Positions 1 through 9,028 are shown, counted from the stretch's first letter. The stretch: DNA of 32,000 nt from Ignicoccus hospitalis KIN4/I (GCF_000017945.1 NC_009776.1:630001-662000), one strand, 5' to 3'. Notes: generated from the sequence alone by a model not told the origin. Program-made: numbers and translations.

Positions 1-540
1 GAGTTCAGAGTAAGCGCGGCCCGAGTACTTGGGAGGTATTTTAACTTGAATAATGGCCTTCGCTATCTTGATTGGAATTATTCTAGATATGGCCCTGACT
101 ATCTGCATAGCTTGTTCTTCCACGCTCTTGTAGGGGTCTACGCCGACCTTGGCCCTCTCCATGGCCGCCTCTATCCTCGCCGGAGGAATCGGGAGTTTGG
201 TCTGGGGATCTATCGCGTTCTTGGCAATGTAGTTAATTATTTGACGTTTCTTCTGCTCTATAATTTTCCTCCTCTGTTCGGCCGTGAGCTGTATCTCGCC
301 TTTAGTGATTATCTCTAAAGCAACCTTCTTCACGTCGTCCGTTCCAAACACCTTCTTTAAAGTCTCTGGGGAGACTCTGTCGCCGCTGCCCACGTCCTTG
401 TATATCGTATCAGCAATTAGAACCTCTTCTATCGGTATTTGCTTACCGGACTTGAGTTCTAGAGCTTTATCGGGGTCCACCAAGATTTCGAACTTGTGGC
501 CCTTGTACTCGTACCGGGCGACCACGTAATTACGCTTCAA
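1..540 (-). CDS. SBDS-family ribosome maturation protein, truncated at the window edge (180 codons seen)
   Basis: My minus-strand translation gives MKRNYVVARYEYKGHKFEILVDPDKALELKSGK...VFGTDDVKKVALEIITKGEIQLTAEQRRKIIEQKKRQIINYIAKNAIDPQTKLPIPPARIEAAMERAKV..., matching the SBDS signature (ITAEQRR, NxIDPxTxxPxPxxRIExAxExAKV). TTG start at 538-540 preceded by GAGAGGG; not in the supplied ORF track. Confidence 0.93.
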   Translation of the reverse strand, partial: MKRNYVVARYEYKGHKFEILVDPDKALELKSGKQIPIEEVLIADTIYKDVGSGDRVSPETLKKVFGTDDVKKVALEIITKGEIQLTAEQRRKIIEQKKRQIINYIAKNAIDPQTKLPIPPARIEAAMERAKVGVDPYKSVEEQAMQIVRAISRIIPIKIAKAIIQVKIPPKYSGRAYSEL

Positions 541-1588
541 GAGGTCTTCCCTCTCTTACCCTCGCCGAGCGGAATTGAAGTTTAGCCCTCTTCGGCAGCC
601 CGATCCTGCCTACTTGGATCCCCTTTTTAACCATCAAACCTTTAGCCTCGAAGTCTAAGTTCCACATGTAGTATGGTCTCCTCTTATCGTTGAGTTCTAG
701 AATGCCCTCTATTATTTTCATTATTTTAATTTCCCTAGACTCGCCGGATCGTAACACTCTGGAAGCGTCAAAATGCGTTTGGTAAACGTTTATACAAGGG
801 TAGAACTTACCGTCCGCGCTCAACCTCAGTCGCGTGCACCCCGCGCAGAAGTAAGGGTTGCCGACGGGCTCTATCAGCTCGACGAAGTTCTTGCCCAAGT
901 AATACCTAGGCCTATTGTGTAGTTCTCTGACTTCCTTTTTATCAGCAACCTCCTCGAGCCACTTCTTCAACCGCTCTATGGGCTCTCTTGAGTGGCGCTC
1001 GCGGAATATGTGGGCCCCGTTGCCTACTGGGTGCAACTCGATCACGTGAACGGAGGCTCCCTTTCCTATGGCGTACTTCACTATCTCTTCCACCTCGTCC
1101 TCGTTTATCCCCCTCAAAACGACCACATTTACCCTGACCTCTATGCCGTTTTCTAAAGCCTTTTCTATCCCGTTCAACACGCGGTTAAGGGCGTCGACGC
1201 CCGTTATCCTTCTAAATCGCTGCCTCTTGAGGCTGTGTAAACTAACGTTTATCCAACTCACGCCGGCCTCCTTGAGGCCCTCTGTCCTCTCCGGCAGCAA
1301 GAAGCCGTTGGTAGTGATGGATATCTCCTCGAACCCGTGTTCTTTAAATGAATGAATTATTTCTTCTAGGTCGCTTCGGAGCAACGGCTCGCCCCCGGTG
1401 AACTTGACGTACTTTAATCCGAGCCTCGAGGTGGCTTCCGCTATCATGTCGTAATCGTTGACGGAGAGCTCGTCAAACGAGCCTCTACCCGCGCCTTCGG
1501 AGTGGCAGAATATGCAATTGAAGTTACACCTCTCCGTAACGGACACCCTTAAGGTCGCCAGGCTTCTGCCGTAGGCGTCGCGGATCAT
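530..1588 (-). CDS. moaA: MoaA-like radical SAM protein (GTP 3',8-cyclase, molybdenum cofactor biosynthesis)
   Basis: VTERCNFNCIFC radical SAM motif, KFTGGEPLLR, C-terminal FCAGCTRLRLSADGKFYPC cluster. Confidence 0.93.
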   Translation of the reverse strand: MIRDAYGRSLATLRVSVTERCNFNCIFCHSEGAGRGSFDELSVNDYDMIAEATSRLGLKYVKFTGGEPLLRSDLEEIIHSFKEHGFEEISITTNGFLLPERTEGLKEAGVSWINVSLHSLKRQRFRRITGVDALNRVLNGIEKALENGIEVRVNVVVLRGINEDEVEEIVKYAIGKGASVHVIELHPVGNGAHIFRERHSREPIERLKKWLEEVADKKEVRELHNRPRYYLGKNFVELIEPVGNPYFCAGCTRLRLSADGKFYPCINVYQTHFDASRVLRSGESREIKIMKIIEGILELNDKRRPYYMWNLDFEAKGLMVKKGIQVGRIGLPKRAKLQFRSARVREGRPLEA

Positions 1589-1625
1589 AGCCCGACATCT
1601 CTGGATCTCTAAAGCGACTAGAGCG

Positions 1626-2093
1626 TTAGAAACGTATTGCCGTTACCTCGAAGGCGGCAGCGACCAAGAGGTACAGTACTGATTTAACCAGATCCGGTTT
1701 CCTCCGCGTCGTCGCTAAAGCGTATGCATAGAGTTCCAGAAGCGTGTGGGCGCCGAGTACTACATTTAGGGGGTAACCTCGGGAGAGCGAGGAGCCTACG
1801 AGGGCCGTGTAGCTGACCGCGAAGCCGTAGTACCCCTTCCCCAAAAGGGCGCTCAATATCAGAATCAATATATTATGTTGGAAGATCCTCGCGATAGCCA
1901 AGAGGGGGTCCGAGCGCCTCGCAAAGTCAGCTATTTCCACTATTTCCCTTTTAATTGCGGAAGGGACGTCACACTTGAACAAAGAAACCAGCGCGACCGT
2001 TATCCAGCCCAGTAGGAACAATTTCGTTGGGTCGTCGGGCGCCTTAACGTGGAACACAATGCCAATTACTATTGGGATAAGGATGCACATCAT
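1626..2093 (-). CDS. Small polytopic membrane protein, possibly SpoIIM-like (tentative)
   Basis: 155 aa with several hydrophobic segments; GAHTLLELYAYALA resembles the SpoIIM-family 'PHGxxExxA' region. Confidence 0.5.
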   Translation of the reverse strand: MMCILIPIVIGIVFHVKAPDDPTKLFLLGWITVALVSLFKCDVPSAIKREIVEIADFARRSDPLLAIARIFQHNILILILSALLGKGYYGFAVSYTALVGSSLSRGYPLNVVLGAHTLLELYAYALATTRRKPDLVKSVLYLLVAAAFEVTAIRF

Positions 2094-2473
2094 TAGGGCG
2101 TTGCCACCAAAACCCCCTTACGGGCGGGGACGTTAACCCCTCTCACGGTGACGCTTATAGGAGCCCAAGGCTCGGGCGCCTTGCCCCCAAAGGCGATGGA
2201 CTTCCACCCCTCGCGTACGACCACGTCGCTGGGCTCTTCGTTCAAGGCCACTACGGGGTAAGTCCCGTTGCCTATCAACACGTTGATCGCTTCCCCGCCC
2301 CACACCGCGTAGCCCCACGCGTCGCCTCCAACGAGACGCTCCGGAGGCCTTCCGAGCACGAAGAGCTTTCCACTTATTCTAATCCACTTTACCGCGCGCA
2401 CTTCGAACTCCTCCGTCCTGCACCGACCGTCTTCGGTGCAGACCTTGAAGCTTAGCGTCGCCATATTCTCCAA
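2093..2473 (-). CDS. Hypothetical protein (126 aa)
   Basis: Intact ORF, stop overlaps the start of the 1626-2093 ORF; no family recognised. Confidence 0.6.
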   Translation of the reverse strand: MENMATLSFKVCTEDGRCRTEEFEVRAVKWIRISGKLFVLGRPPERLVGGDAWGYAVWGGEAINVLIGNGTYPVVALNEEPSDVVVREGWKSIAFGGKAPEPWAPISVTVRGVNVPARKGVLVATP

Positions 2474-2530
2474 CCTCCATAGACAACAATAAAATATCCT
2501 ATATTTAGTTAGCCCAGAGGGTAGCGAGGA

Positions 2531-3352
2531 GTGCCGCCGTTCGTGCGCGACAGAGACGAGGACGTCGCAGTGTTATACCCCTTTATAATGAGACAAAGAA
2601 CACTAGACATAAGGTTCCTCGTAGTTAAGATGAGAGCCGACAAGAAGGATGAAACACTAAAGAAGATGTTAGATCTCTTGATGTCTAAAGATATAGACGT
2701 GTTACACATGATTAGAGGTCCGACCGACGTTAAGGCAAAATCTGTAACATACATATTCGTACTCAACATGAGGAGGGCTAGCATAACTATAGAGGCGCTA
2801 GTTCAAGAGCTAAAGAAGATGGAAGGGATAAAGGACGTAATGAGCAAGACCGAGAAATTGGGCGACATAACGTTCTTCCCCAACGCCTTTCCGCTGTACA
2901 CCTACGACCGGGCAGTGGTGCTGAGTTCCGACTTCTTGAAGGCTTTATTTAACTCGTTCTACGCTTACTTCAAGCAACCCGCCTTGGCGGCCAGCATACT
3001 GTACCAACTGGGCATGAGGGTTGGGTACTCGCTGGCAAAGGAGATACACGAAGAAACCAAACATACGGGCGAAGTTCTCATCAGAGACGTATTGGATTTA
3101 CTTAAGAGCTTTGGGATAGGGAACTTCGACTTTAAGGTCTCAAGGCTAAAACACGGAGAATATACGTTTAGATTAGAGAAGAGCTTGGAGGCAGAAGTAG
3201 TCACAATAAAGGGGCCCAGATGTCACTTCACCCGGGGGCTGCTCAGCGGCATAGTGTCCTTTGTAGAAGGGGAGTACGTACAAGTTCAAGAGACCAAGTG
3301 TTCGGAGGGCTCCCCGTCTCCGTGCATCTTCGTAACCCTTCGGAAAAAGTGA
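2531..3352 (+). CDS. V4R-domain protein with N-terminal regulatory (ACT-like?) domain
   Basis: C-terminal GPRCHFTRGLLSGIVSFVEGEYVQVQETKCSEGSPSPCIFVTL matches the V4R pattern (C...G...G.l......v.v.E..C...G...C.F.v). GTG start; an internal ATG near 2588 is an alternative. Confidence 0.75.
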   Translation: MPPFVRDRDEDVAVLYPFIMRQRTLDIRFLVVKMRADKKDETLKKMLDLLMSKDIDVLHMIRGPTDVKAKSVTYIFVLNMRRASITIEALVQELKKMEGIKDVMSKTEKLGDITFFPNAFPLYTYDRAVVLSSDFLKALFNSFYAYFKQPALAASILYQLGMRVGYSLAKEIHEETKHTGEVLIRDVLDLLKSFGIGNFDFKVSRLKHGEYTFRLEKSLEAEVVTIKGPRCHFTRGLLSGIVSFVEGEYVQVQETKCSEGSPSPCIFVTLRKK

Positions 3353-3365
3353 GTCCCCAAGGCGC

Positions 3366-3743
3366 TTAACATTTGGAGAGCCTCTTTACCACCTCTTCCA
3401 TCCGAGCCACGGTCTCCTCGTCAACCACGTGTTCTATCAAACATGCCACTTCTTCCGCCTTCTTCTCGTCCATATGAACGACGTCAACGAAAAATTCCTT
3501 TATCTTCTTGAATTTCATCATGAGCTCGCGCGCTCTTCTCAACCCCTCTTCGGTGAGGCTCACCCGCCCCTGCGAGTAGGTGGCCAGCCCCATCTCTTGG
3601 AGCTTGTTTATGTATTGTAAGACCGTCGGGGGCTTTAGGCCCATGGCCCTTGCCACTTCTTTCAACCGTACGTCTCCCTTGCTCGTTTGAAGGGAGTAAA
3701 TCACCTTCAAGTAGTCTTCAAAGCGCCTCCCGTAGGTGCTCAT
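3366..3743 (-). CDS. DtxR/MntR-like winged-helix metalloregulator
   Basis: YLKVIYSLQTSKGDVRLKEVARAMGLKPPTVLQYINKLQEMGLATYSQGRVSLTEEGLRRA, plus C-terminal EVACLIEHVVDEETVARME. Confidence 0.8.
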   Translation of the reverse strand: MSTYGRRFEDYLKVIYSLQTSKGDVRLKEVARAMGLKPPTVLQYINKLQEMGLATYSQGRVSLTEEGLRRARELMMKFKKIKEFFVDVVHMDEKKAEEVACLIEHVVDEETVARMEEVVKRLSKC

Positions 3744-4048
3744 GACTTCTCCAGCTTCTCCAAGACCGCTTCAACTTTTTTATCCATATCTAGTTCTTTA
3801 TCGAACCTTACGTCGGCCCTCATCACCATGACCACCCTTTTAACCCCTTTGTCGCGCAACCTCTCCACGATCTCTTGAGCCAGCGCCCCCGCCTCCTCCA
3901 ACGAGGGCAGCTTTACCACAGTACCCATGGGGGTGACTCTGAACTCCAAGTTCCTTTTTCGAATGACGTCAACGGCCTCCGCCACCAAGTCGGAGACGCT
4001 GGGGCTGCAAGTACCCAGCGGCAATACTTGGTATTCTACGAGATACAC
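3740..4048 (-). CDS. MTH1187/YkoF-like (UPF0045) thiamine-binding-type protein
   Basis: 102 aa, LEFRVTPMGTVVKLPSLEEAGALAQEIVERLRDKGVKRVVMVMRADVRFDKELDMDKKVEAVLEKL is characteristic of the family. Confidence 0.8.
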   Translation of the reverse strand: MYLVEYQVLPLGTCSPSVSDLVAEAVDVIRKRNLEFRVTPMGTVVKLPSLEEAGALAQEIVERLRDKGVKRVVMVMRADVRFDKELDMDKKVEAVLEKLEKS

Positions 4049-4080
4049 GCTCCCACCAACGGAGGGCCGTAGAAGAGGAG

Positions 4081-4089
4081 ACTATAAAG
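4081..4089 (+). promoter_or_regulatory. Candidate archaeal TATA box for the 4120 CDS
   Basis: ACTATAAAG about 35 bp upstream of the GTG start in a divergent intergenic region. Confidence 0.45.
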
Positions 4090-4119
4090 AGAGCGTTCAT
4101 ATCGTGTAGGGGAGACGGC

Positions 4120-4776
4120 GTGGTCAAGCTTAGGGTGAAGGTAGTAACTTGGGAGGACGTTGTCCGCTGGACCAAGGAGTTGGCCTTCGTAATACTCGAA
4201 TCTGGGTACAAGCCTGACGTAATAGTTGCGATCGCCAGAGGCGGCCTTACGCCCGCCAGGCTGCTGGCAGATTACATGGACGTCATAGATATCTTGTCGC
4301 TGAAGGTAGAACACTGGGTAGAGACCGGGAGCCACCAAGAGGAGGCGGTGATCAAGTACGCCGCGCAAGGGATCGACTTGAGCAACGCGAAGGTCTTGAT
4401 AGTCGACGACATTTGCGATACTGGGAAGAGCTTAATGGTAGCTAAGGACTATGTCGAAAAGTACTGGAAGGCGAGACAAGTGAAGTTGGCAACTATGCAA
4501 TACATAGAGCCCGTGGCTCAGATAAGGCCGGACTACTTCGTGGACTTGGTGAGGGACTGGACGTGGTACATGTACCCGTGGAATTACGTGGAGGACATGG
4601 TCAACCTAGTTAAAAAGATATTGAAGGAACACGCGCCCTTAAGCTTGCAAGAGATAATAATAAAGTTCCAAGAGTGGTACAATATAACGCCTCCCATACC
4701 GCTTTCGGAAACTCTGAGAGTAATGGAGTATAGGGGTCTAGTGAAGAAGGTAGACGGTAAGTACGAGCTGAGCTAA
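4120..4776 (+). CDS. Purine-type phosphoribosyltransferase with C-terminal extension
   Basis: PDVIVAIARGGLTPARLLADYMDV and the PRPP-binding loop VLIVDDICDTGKSL. Confidence 0.88.
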   Translation: MVKLRVKVVTWEDVVRWTKELAFVILESGYKPDVIVAIARGGLTPARLLADYMDVIDILSLKVEHWVETGSHQEEAVIKYAAQGIDLSNAKVLIVDDICDTGKSLMVAKDYVEKYWKARQVKLATMQYIEPVAQIRPDYFVDLVRDWTWYMYPWNYVEDMVNLVKKILKEHAPLSLQEIIIKFQEWYNITPPIPLSETLRVMEYRGLVKKVDGKYELS

Positions 4777-4792
4777 AGTTCTATGGGCTCAT

Positions 4793-4800
4793 TTTTATAC
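4793..4800 (+). promoter_or_regulatory. Candidate archaeal TATA box for the 4825 CDS
   Basis: TTTTATAC about 25-30 bp upstream of the GTG start. Confidence 0.4.
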
Positions 4801-4824
4801 GTACCTTGAGGGATCCTTAAGGGG

Positions 4825-5892
4825 GTGCCAACGACGACTTACGACTATTTCGTCCTCGGAGGAGGACCCGCGGGGGTCGCGGCCGCGTACTTCCTCAGTC
4901 AAGAGGGGTACAAGGTACTCCTAGTCGAACAGAGGCCCCACTTAGGGGCCAAGCCTTGCGGCGGGGGCGTGCCCACTCAGCTGAACATGACGCTGACTGT
5001 TCCGGCGGACTCCATTTTGAACAAGATAAGGTCGTTGACCCTCTACTTTAACATGAAACACGTAGGGACGTGGGACGCGAAGGAAACGATATTCTATTTG
5101 ATAGATAGGACTAAGTTCTTGGAACACTACTCCACTTCCTTCGACGTCGCCCTCAAGACGTCGGCAAAGGTAACTCACTTGTATGCAACCATTAATAACG
5201 AAAAAGTTGACATTTCTAAGGTGATAATTGCCACAGGGTACTCGTGGAGGTTCCGAGAACGCGACATGCTGGCGCAAACCCTACAGTACTACGTGAAAGA
5301 TATAAAGATAGATGATCCGAGCGAGATGAAATTCTACTTCTTCAAGGACTTGATAGGCTACGCGTGGTTCTTCCCGTACGGAGAGAGGGAGGCGAAGGTG
5401 GGCATCGGCGGCCTAGACGTGACGGTAAATCAACTCAAAGTGAGGTTAGATATGCTCCTAAAAGAACTTAATATCGATACAAGCTCGATAACTAGGATTG
5501 ATGGGGCACCCATAGACATGGGCGGGATAAAGCTGGAATGGGCCAAAGAGCCCACCTACGTAGTGGGCGAGGCGTTGGGCGCCGTAATGCCATTAACTGG
5601 AGAGGGCATAAGGCCGAGCATACTCACCGCCAAGGTCTTGGCCCACGCGATAGCCCGCGAAAAGGACTATCGGGAGGTATTGGGAAGCATGAAGTTATAC
5701 AAAGCAACCCAGCTCCAAGCGAAGATTCTGAAGAAGGTCAGGAAGGAGGGGAAGGTGCCGACGCTAAAGGAGCTAAGCCCGAAGAACGTGGAGGCCATCT
5801 ATAAGTTTGGGATGGGAGAGGCAGGCATCAGAGAGTTCTTAAGTATACTGCCCAAGGCGTTCTCGCTGTCCCTCCTCAAGAAGCTAATTTAA
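4825..5892 (+). CDS. Geranylgeranyl reductase family FAD-dependent oxidoreductase
   Basis: DYFVLGGGPAGVAAAYFLSQEGYKVLLVEQRPHLGAKPCGGGVP Rossmann motif and VGEALGAVMPLTGEGIRPSILTAKVLA. Confidence 0.88.
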   Translation: MPTTTYDYFVLGGGPAGVAAAYFLSQEGYKVLLVEQRPHLGAKPCGGGVPTQLNMTLTVPADSILNKIRSLTLYFNMKHVGTWDAKETIFYLIDRTKFLEHYSTSFDVALKTSAKVTHLYATINNEKVDISKVIIATGYSWRFRERDMLAQTLQYYVKDIKIDDPSEMKFYFFKDLIGYAWFFPYGEREAKVGIGGLDVTVNQLKVRLDMLLKELNIDTSSITRIDGAPIDMGGIKLEWAKEPTYVVGEALGAVMPLTGEGIRPSILTAKVLAHAIAREKDYREVLGSMKLYKATQLQAKILKKVRKEGKVPTLKELSPKNVEAIYKFGMGEAGIREFLSILPKAFSLSLLKKLI

Positions 5893-5902
5893 GGGTGACA
5901 GC

Positions 5903-6367
5903 GTGCCCGACAAGCCCGTAGAGCTAGACGAAATAGATAAGAAAATTATAGAGATCCTTCAAAAGGACGCCAGAACGTCGTTTTCCAAAATTGCCAAGAT
6001 GTTGGACCGCAGCGAAGCCACGATACACCTGCGCGTAAAGAAGCTCCGCGAGATGGGCGTACTTAGAGGTTTCTACGCTGACATCGATGCATCGAAGATA
6101 GGGAAGGACACTATAGCTTTTATATTAATCAAGATAGACGCTAACAAGTACCCGGAGACGGTCAAAGATATCGTGAAATTAGAGGACATCTACGAAGCTT
6201 ACGACGTAACGGGCGAGTACTCCCTCTTGGTAAAGACTGTCGTTAGGGATAGGGAGGAGTTAGCGAGGCTGCTGGACTTAATAGGTAAGATGGAGGGGGT
6301 GCAAGAGACCTACACGATGTATGTGTTAAGGGTTCTCAAGGAAGTTAAGTCAGTTAGGGTCGACTGA
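5903..6367 (+). CDS. Lrp/AsnC-family transcriptional regulator
   Basis: LDEIDKKIIEILQKDARTSFSKIAKMLDRSEATIHLRVKKLREMGVLRGF HTH followed by a RAM-like domain. Confidence 0.9.
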   Translation: MPDKPVELDEIDKKIIEILQKDARTSFSKIAKMLDRSEATIHLRVKKLREMGVLRGFYADIDASKIGKDTIAFILIKIDANKYPETVKDIVKLEDIYEAYDVTGEYSLLVKTVVRDREELARLLDLIGKMEGVQETYTMYVLRVLKEVKSVRVD

Positions 6368-7505
6368 GCTTGGGCTTAACGCGGGGGGCTAGGAATAAGA
6401 CTGCCTCGCCCCGCTCCAGCTCGCCCAACAGGGCGCTCTCGGGAGGCGCTGGTTTGCCTTTGTGTACGAACACCCCGGCCTCCGTTGGCACCTCGAGGGC
6501 CTCGAAGACTTCTCGGACCCTCCTCGCTCCGCCCACCTCCGCCCACGCGTAAGTACCTTGACCTACTATCAGCAAGTTTCCATTGCCAGTAACTTCGGCC
6601 TTCGGTTCCAAGGGCCTCTCGTCCAGTTTACCGACTTTTCTACGAAGAGAACAAACGGAGCAGACCTCGCCCCACGCGGGGCCCCCACAGTACTTACACG
6701 CGTTGGGCTCGCCTTCCCCCTCGTTTCCGCCCTCGCGCCTTACTACGTAATTAAGTAAGTTGATCCTAACGTTCCCATACCTTTCCTCCAGTTTCAGTAT
6801 TGTCTCCTTAACGTAATCCACGAACGTGGACCGCGGCTCGTACAAGGGACACGAGGCCTTCAACCACGGCAGCTTCTTTGATAACAAGAAGGTCATTATT
6901 TCCTTCTCGCCTATCCAAAACAAGGGCTTCACGCGCCCGCGGGCGGGACCTTTGGGCCTTTCGACCGGCCTCACCTTCTTCAAGCTCTGGAAGTCGCCCC
7001 TCAATATGTAAGACAAGGCCCACGAGGCCATGTCGTCCATGTTGTGACCCGTCGCGATGTACTCGATGCCCAACCTCCGGGCCAAGAGCTCTAGGGCGTG
7101 ACGCCTAAGTTTCGAGCATATGGAACAGGGCGCCCTCCTAAGCTTCTTATACGAAAGCGCTGTAAAGCCGTACAACTCTTTAGCGTACACCGTATAATGA
7201 GTAACTCCCAGCTCTTCGGCGACGCGCTTAGCCAACTCTGCTTCCAACGAAGTGTAGTTAGGCACCGTATCGACGGTTGCCGCTACTACCTCTGTCCCTA
7301 CTTTCTTCAATAGGTACAGTAGGGCGACGCTGTCCTTCCCTCCGGAGAGCCCTAGTAACACCCTCTTGGGGAGCTCGACCTTCTTCAACCTTTTAATTAG
7401 AAACTCCTCCAAGTGACGTTTGCAGAGTCGCAAGCGGGCGTACTTAATCGTTATTATTGCTTCTCTATCACAAAATGAACACCTAGGTCTCTTCACCTCG
7501 CTCAT
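6354..7505 (-). CDS. TtuA/Ncs6-like tRNA 2-thiolation protein (PP-loop) with extra C-terminal domain
   Basis: N-terminal zinc ribbon (CSFCDREA...CKRHLEEF), VLLGLSGGKDSVALLYLL P-loop, APCSICSKLRR...GHNMDDMA, second zinc ribbon CKYCGGPAWGEVCSVC; about 85 further residues follow. Confidence 0.9.
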   Translation of the reverse strand: MSEVKRPRCSFCDREAIITIKYARLRLCKRHLEEFLIKRLKKVELPKRVLLGLSGGKDSVALLYLLKKVGTEVVAATVDTVPNYTSLEAELAKRVAEELGVTHYTVYAKELYGFTALSYKKLRRAPCSICSKLRRHALELLARRLGIEYIATGHNMDDMASWALSYILRGDFQSLKKVRPVERPKGPARGRVKPLFWIGEKEIMTFLLSKKLPWLKASCPLYEPRSTFVDYVKETILKLEERYGNVRINLLNYVVRREGGNEGEGEPNACKYCGGPAWGEVCSVCSLRRKVGKLDERPLEPKAEVTGNGNLLIVGQGTYAWAEVGGARRVREVFEALEVPTEAGVFVHKGKPAPPESALLGELERGEAVLFLAPRVKPKLSRP

Positions 7506-9028
7506 CGTAGTTCAGCTAACACGCTCCTCGAGTGTGCCCTCTTAACGACAGCCGTTATCCAGCTGCCTACGGGCAAGGGCTTGACTATTTCGACGGTGAG
7601 GGGGTAGCTGGCGGGCTGTCTTGCATAACTAACCCCTTTCTCCACCTTTTCCACGACCAAGTTCCTGAGCACGGTCCCTGGCGGGACCACTTTCTTCAAC
7701 ATCCTCTCTTGCCACTTCATGACGTACTTCCGGAAGCCTTCGTAACCTTTCGAGACGACCACCTTCTTCGTGAGGGAGTAGGCTTGCGTCCCCGGGAGCA
7801 AGCTCAGCTTACGGAGGTTAACCCTCCGCACTAAGAGCCCTTCCTCCTCGATTCTGTCCAACAACGCCTTGTTGTACTCCCAAGTCTCCTTACTTTCCCC
7901 CGGAAGTCCCGCGATGAAGTTTATGCCGGGGAGCAAGTGAGGTAAACCGTTCCAACCCCTATTGCGCCCTACCTTGTTAACTATCCTAATTGCTACTAGT
8001 GCGTCATCTAATAAGACCTTTAGGTTATTTATTTTAACGACCCTAGGGTCAACACTTTCTATTCCCATAGCTGCCACGTCTCCGGGAGTGTGCCACCTCA
8101 CTATCTCCTTCAACGCTAGCTCGCTTTCCTCGGGCCAGCGCGAGATCGTACCGGGGTTGACGTTATCTATATGCAAAGTGATGAGGGAAGGCGCCACGCT
8201 CCTTATTCCTTGGAAGAGCCTCCTCAAGGCGAGCGGGGAGGGCCTGGGCCACTCCTCCGTGCCCAAGTCGGGCGAGCCGTAGACCAGAATGTCGCTCTGC
8301 CTCCCCAGTCGGAAGGACCTAACTCCGAACTTGTAAAGGGCTTCCACCTCTTCCACTATCTTCCTGACGTCGCGTTGTACCGGCCTTCCCTTCAAGGGCG
8401 CCAGACAGAAGCTACACCCTCCCCCGACCGAACGCGCACAGCCAGAGTAGGTCTCCAGCTCGACCGTTAAGTTGCCTACCTTGTAGTTCGGGTGTTGTTT
8501 AACCACCTCGCTACCCCTTATGAGAGCTTTGTCAACTAGAGCGTAATTGTCTATCCAGAGCGCGTCGCTGGCGCTCTCGGGGCCCCATAGGGCTGCCTCG
8601 TAGACCCAGTGGGCCACCCTGCCCCTTATCCGGTAGTCTGCCTCGACCTCGCTGGAGACGCTCCCTCCCGTACCGCCCAGCCCGAAGCTGGCCGCGGGGC
8701 CCGCCAACGCAACGGGCGCCGAGCTCAAGAACTTCAAGCGCTCGAACTCTTGAGGAGACCTCAACGGCTCACCCCCCAAGTACTTGCCCGGCACGAGGGC
8801 GCCGGCGATCACCAGCACCAAGTCGACCTTCTTCGTCAACTCTGCATAGCCGACCCAGTCCTTCCTAACTTCGTCTATTGTGAGGTAGTAGGCTTCGTTG
8901 GAGCTGTCTACTAGCTTTAGTGCCCCGTAGGCCTCCCTGGCGTAAACGTCTAGGTAAGGAGGCACTCCCAAGCCCGCTGGCTCGTCCGTGTAACCGTCAA
9001 CTATCAACATTCTTCTAACTCTTCCCAT
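7502..9028 (-). CDS. Radical SAM protein with N-terminal B12-binding-like region (COG1031-like)
   Basis: ELETYSGCARSVGGGCSFCLAPLKGRPVQRD radical SAM cluster; C-terminal VEKVEKGVSYARQPASYPLTVEIVKPLPVGSWITAVVKRAHSRSVLAEL; 508 aa. Confidence 0.82.
   Translation of the reverse strand: MGRVRRMLIVDGYTDEPAGLGVPPYLDVYAREAYGALKLVDSSNEAYYLTIDEVRKDWVGYAELTKKVDLVLVIAGALVPGKYLGGEPLRSPQEFERLKFLSSAPVALAGPAASFGLGGTGGSVSSEVEADYRIRGRVAHWVYEAALWGPESASDALWIDNYALVDKALIRGSEVVKQHPNYKVGNLTVELETYSGCARSVGGGCSFCLAPLKGRPVQRDVRKIVEEVEALYKFGVRSFRLGRQSDILVYGSPDLGTEEWPRPSPLALRRLFQGIRSVAPSLITLHIDNVNPGTISRWPEESELALKEIVRWHTPGDVAAMGIESVDPRVVKINNLKVLLDDALVAIRIVNKVGRNRGWNGLPHLLPGINFIAGLPGESKETWEYNKALLDRIEEEGLLVRRVNLRKLSLLPGTQAYSLTKKVVVSKGYEGFRKYVMKWQERMLKKVVPPGTVLRNLVVEKVEKGVSYARQPASYPLTVEIVKPLPVGSWITAVVKRAHSRSVLAELR

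Noticed and set aside
46-318. 90-aa plus-strand ORF at the left edge
   Set aside because: Lies antisense to the clear SBDS coding sequence on the minus strand.
2480-2515. AT-rich intergenic stretch (CAATAAAATATCCTATATTTAG) considered for listing as a specific promoter
   Set aside because: Likely serves as a divergent promoter for the 2473 minus and 2531 plus genes, but the TATA position and direction could not be fixed by eye.
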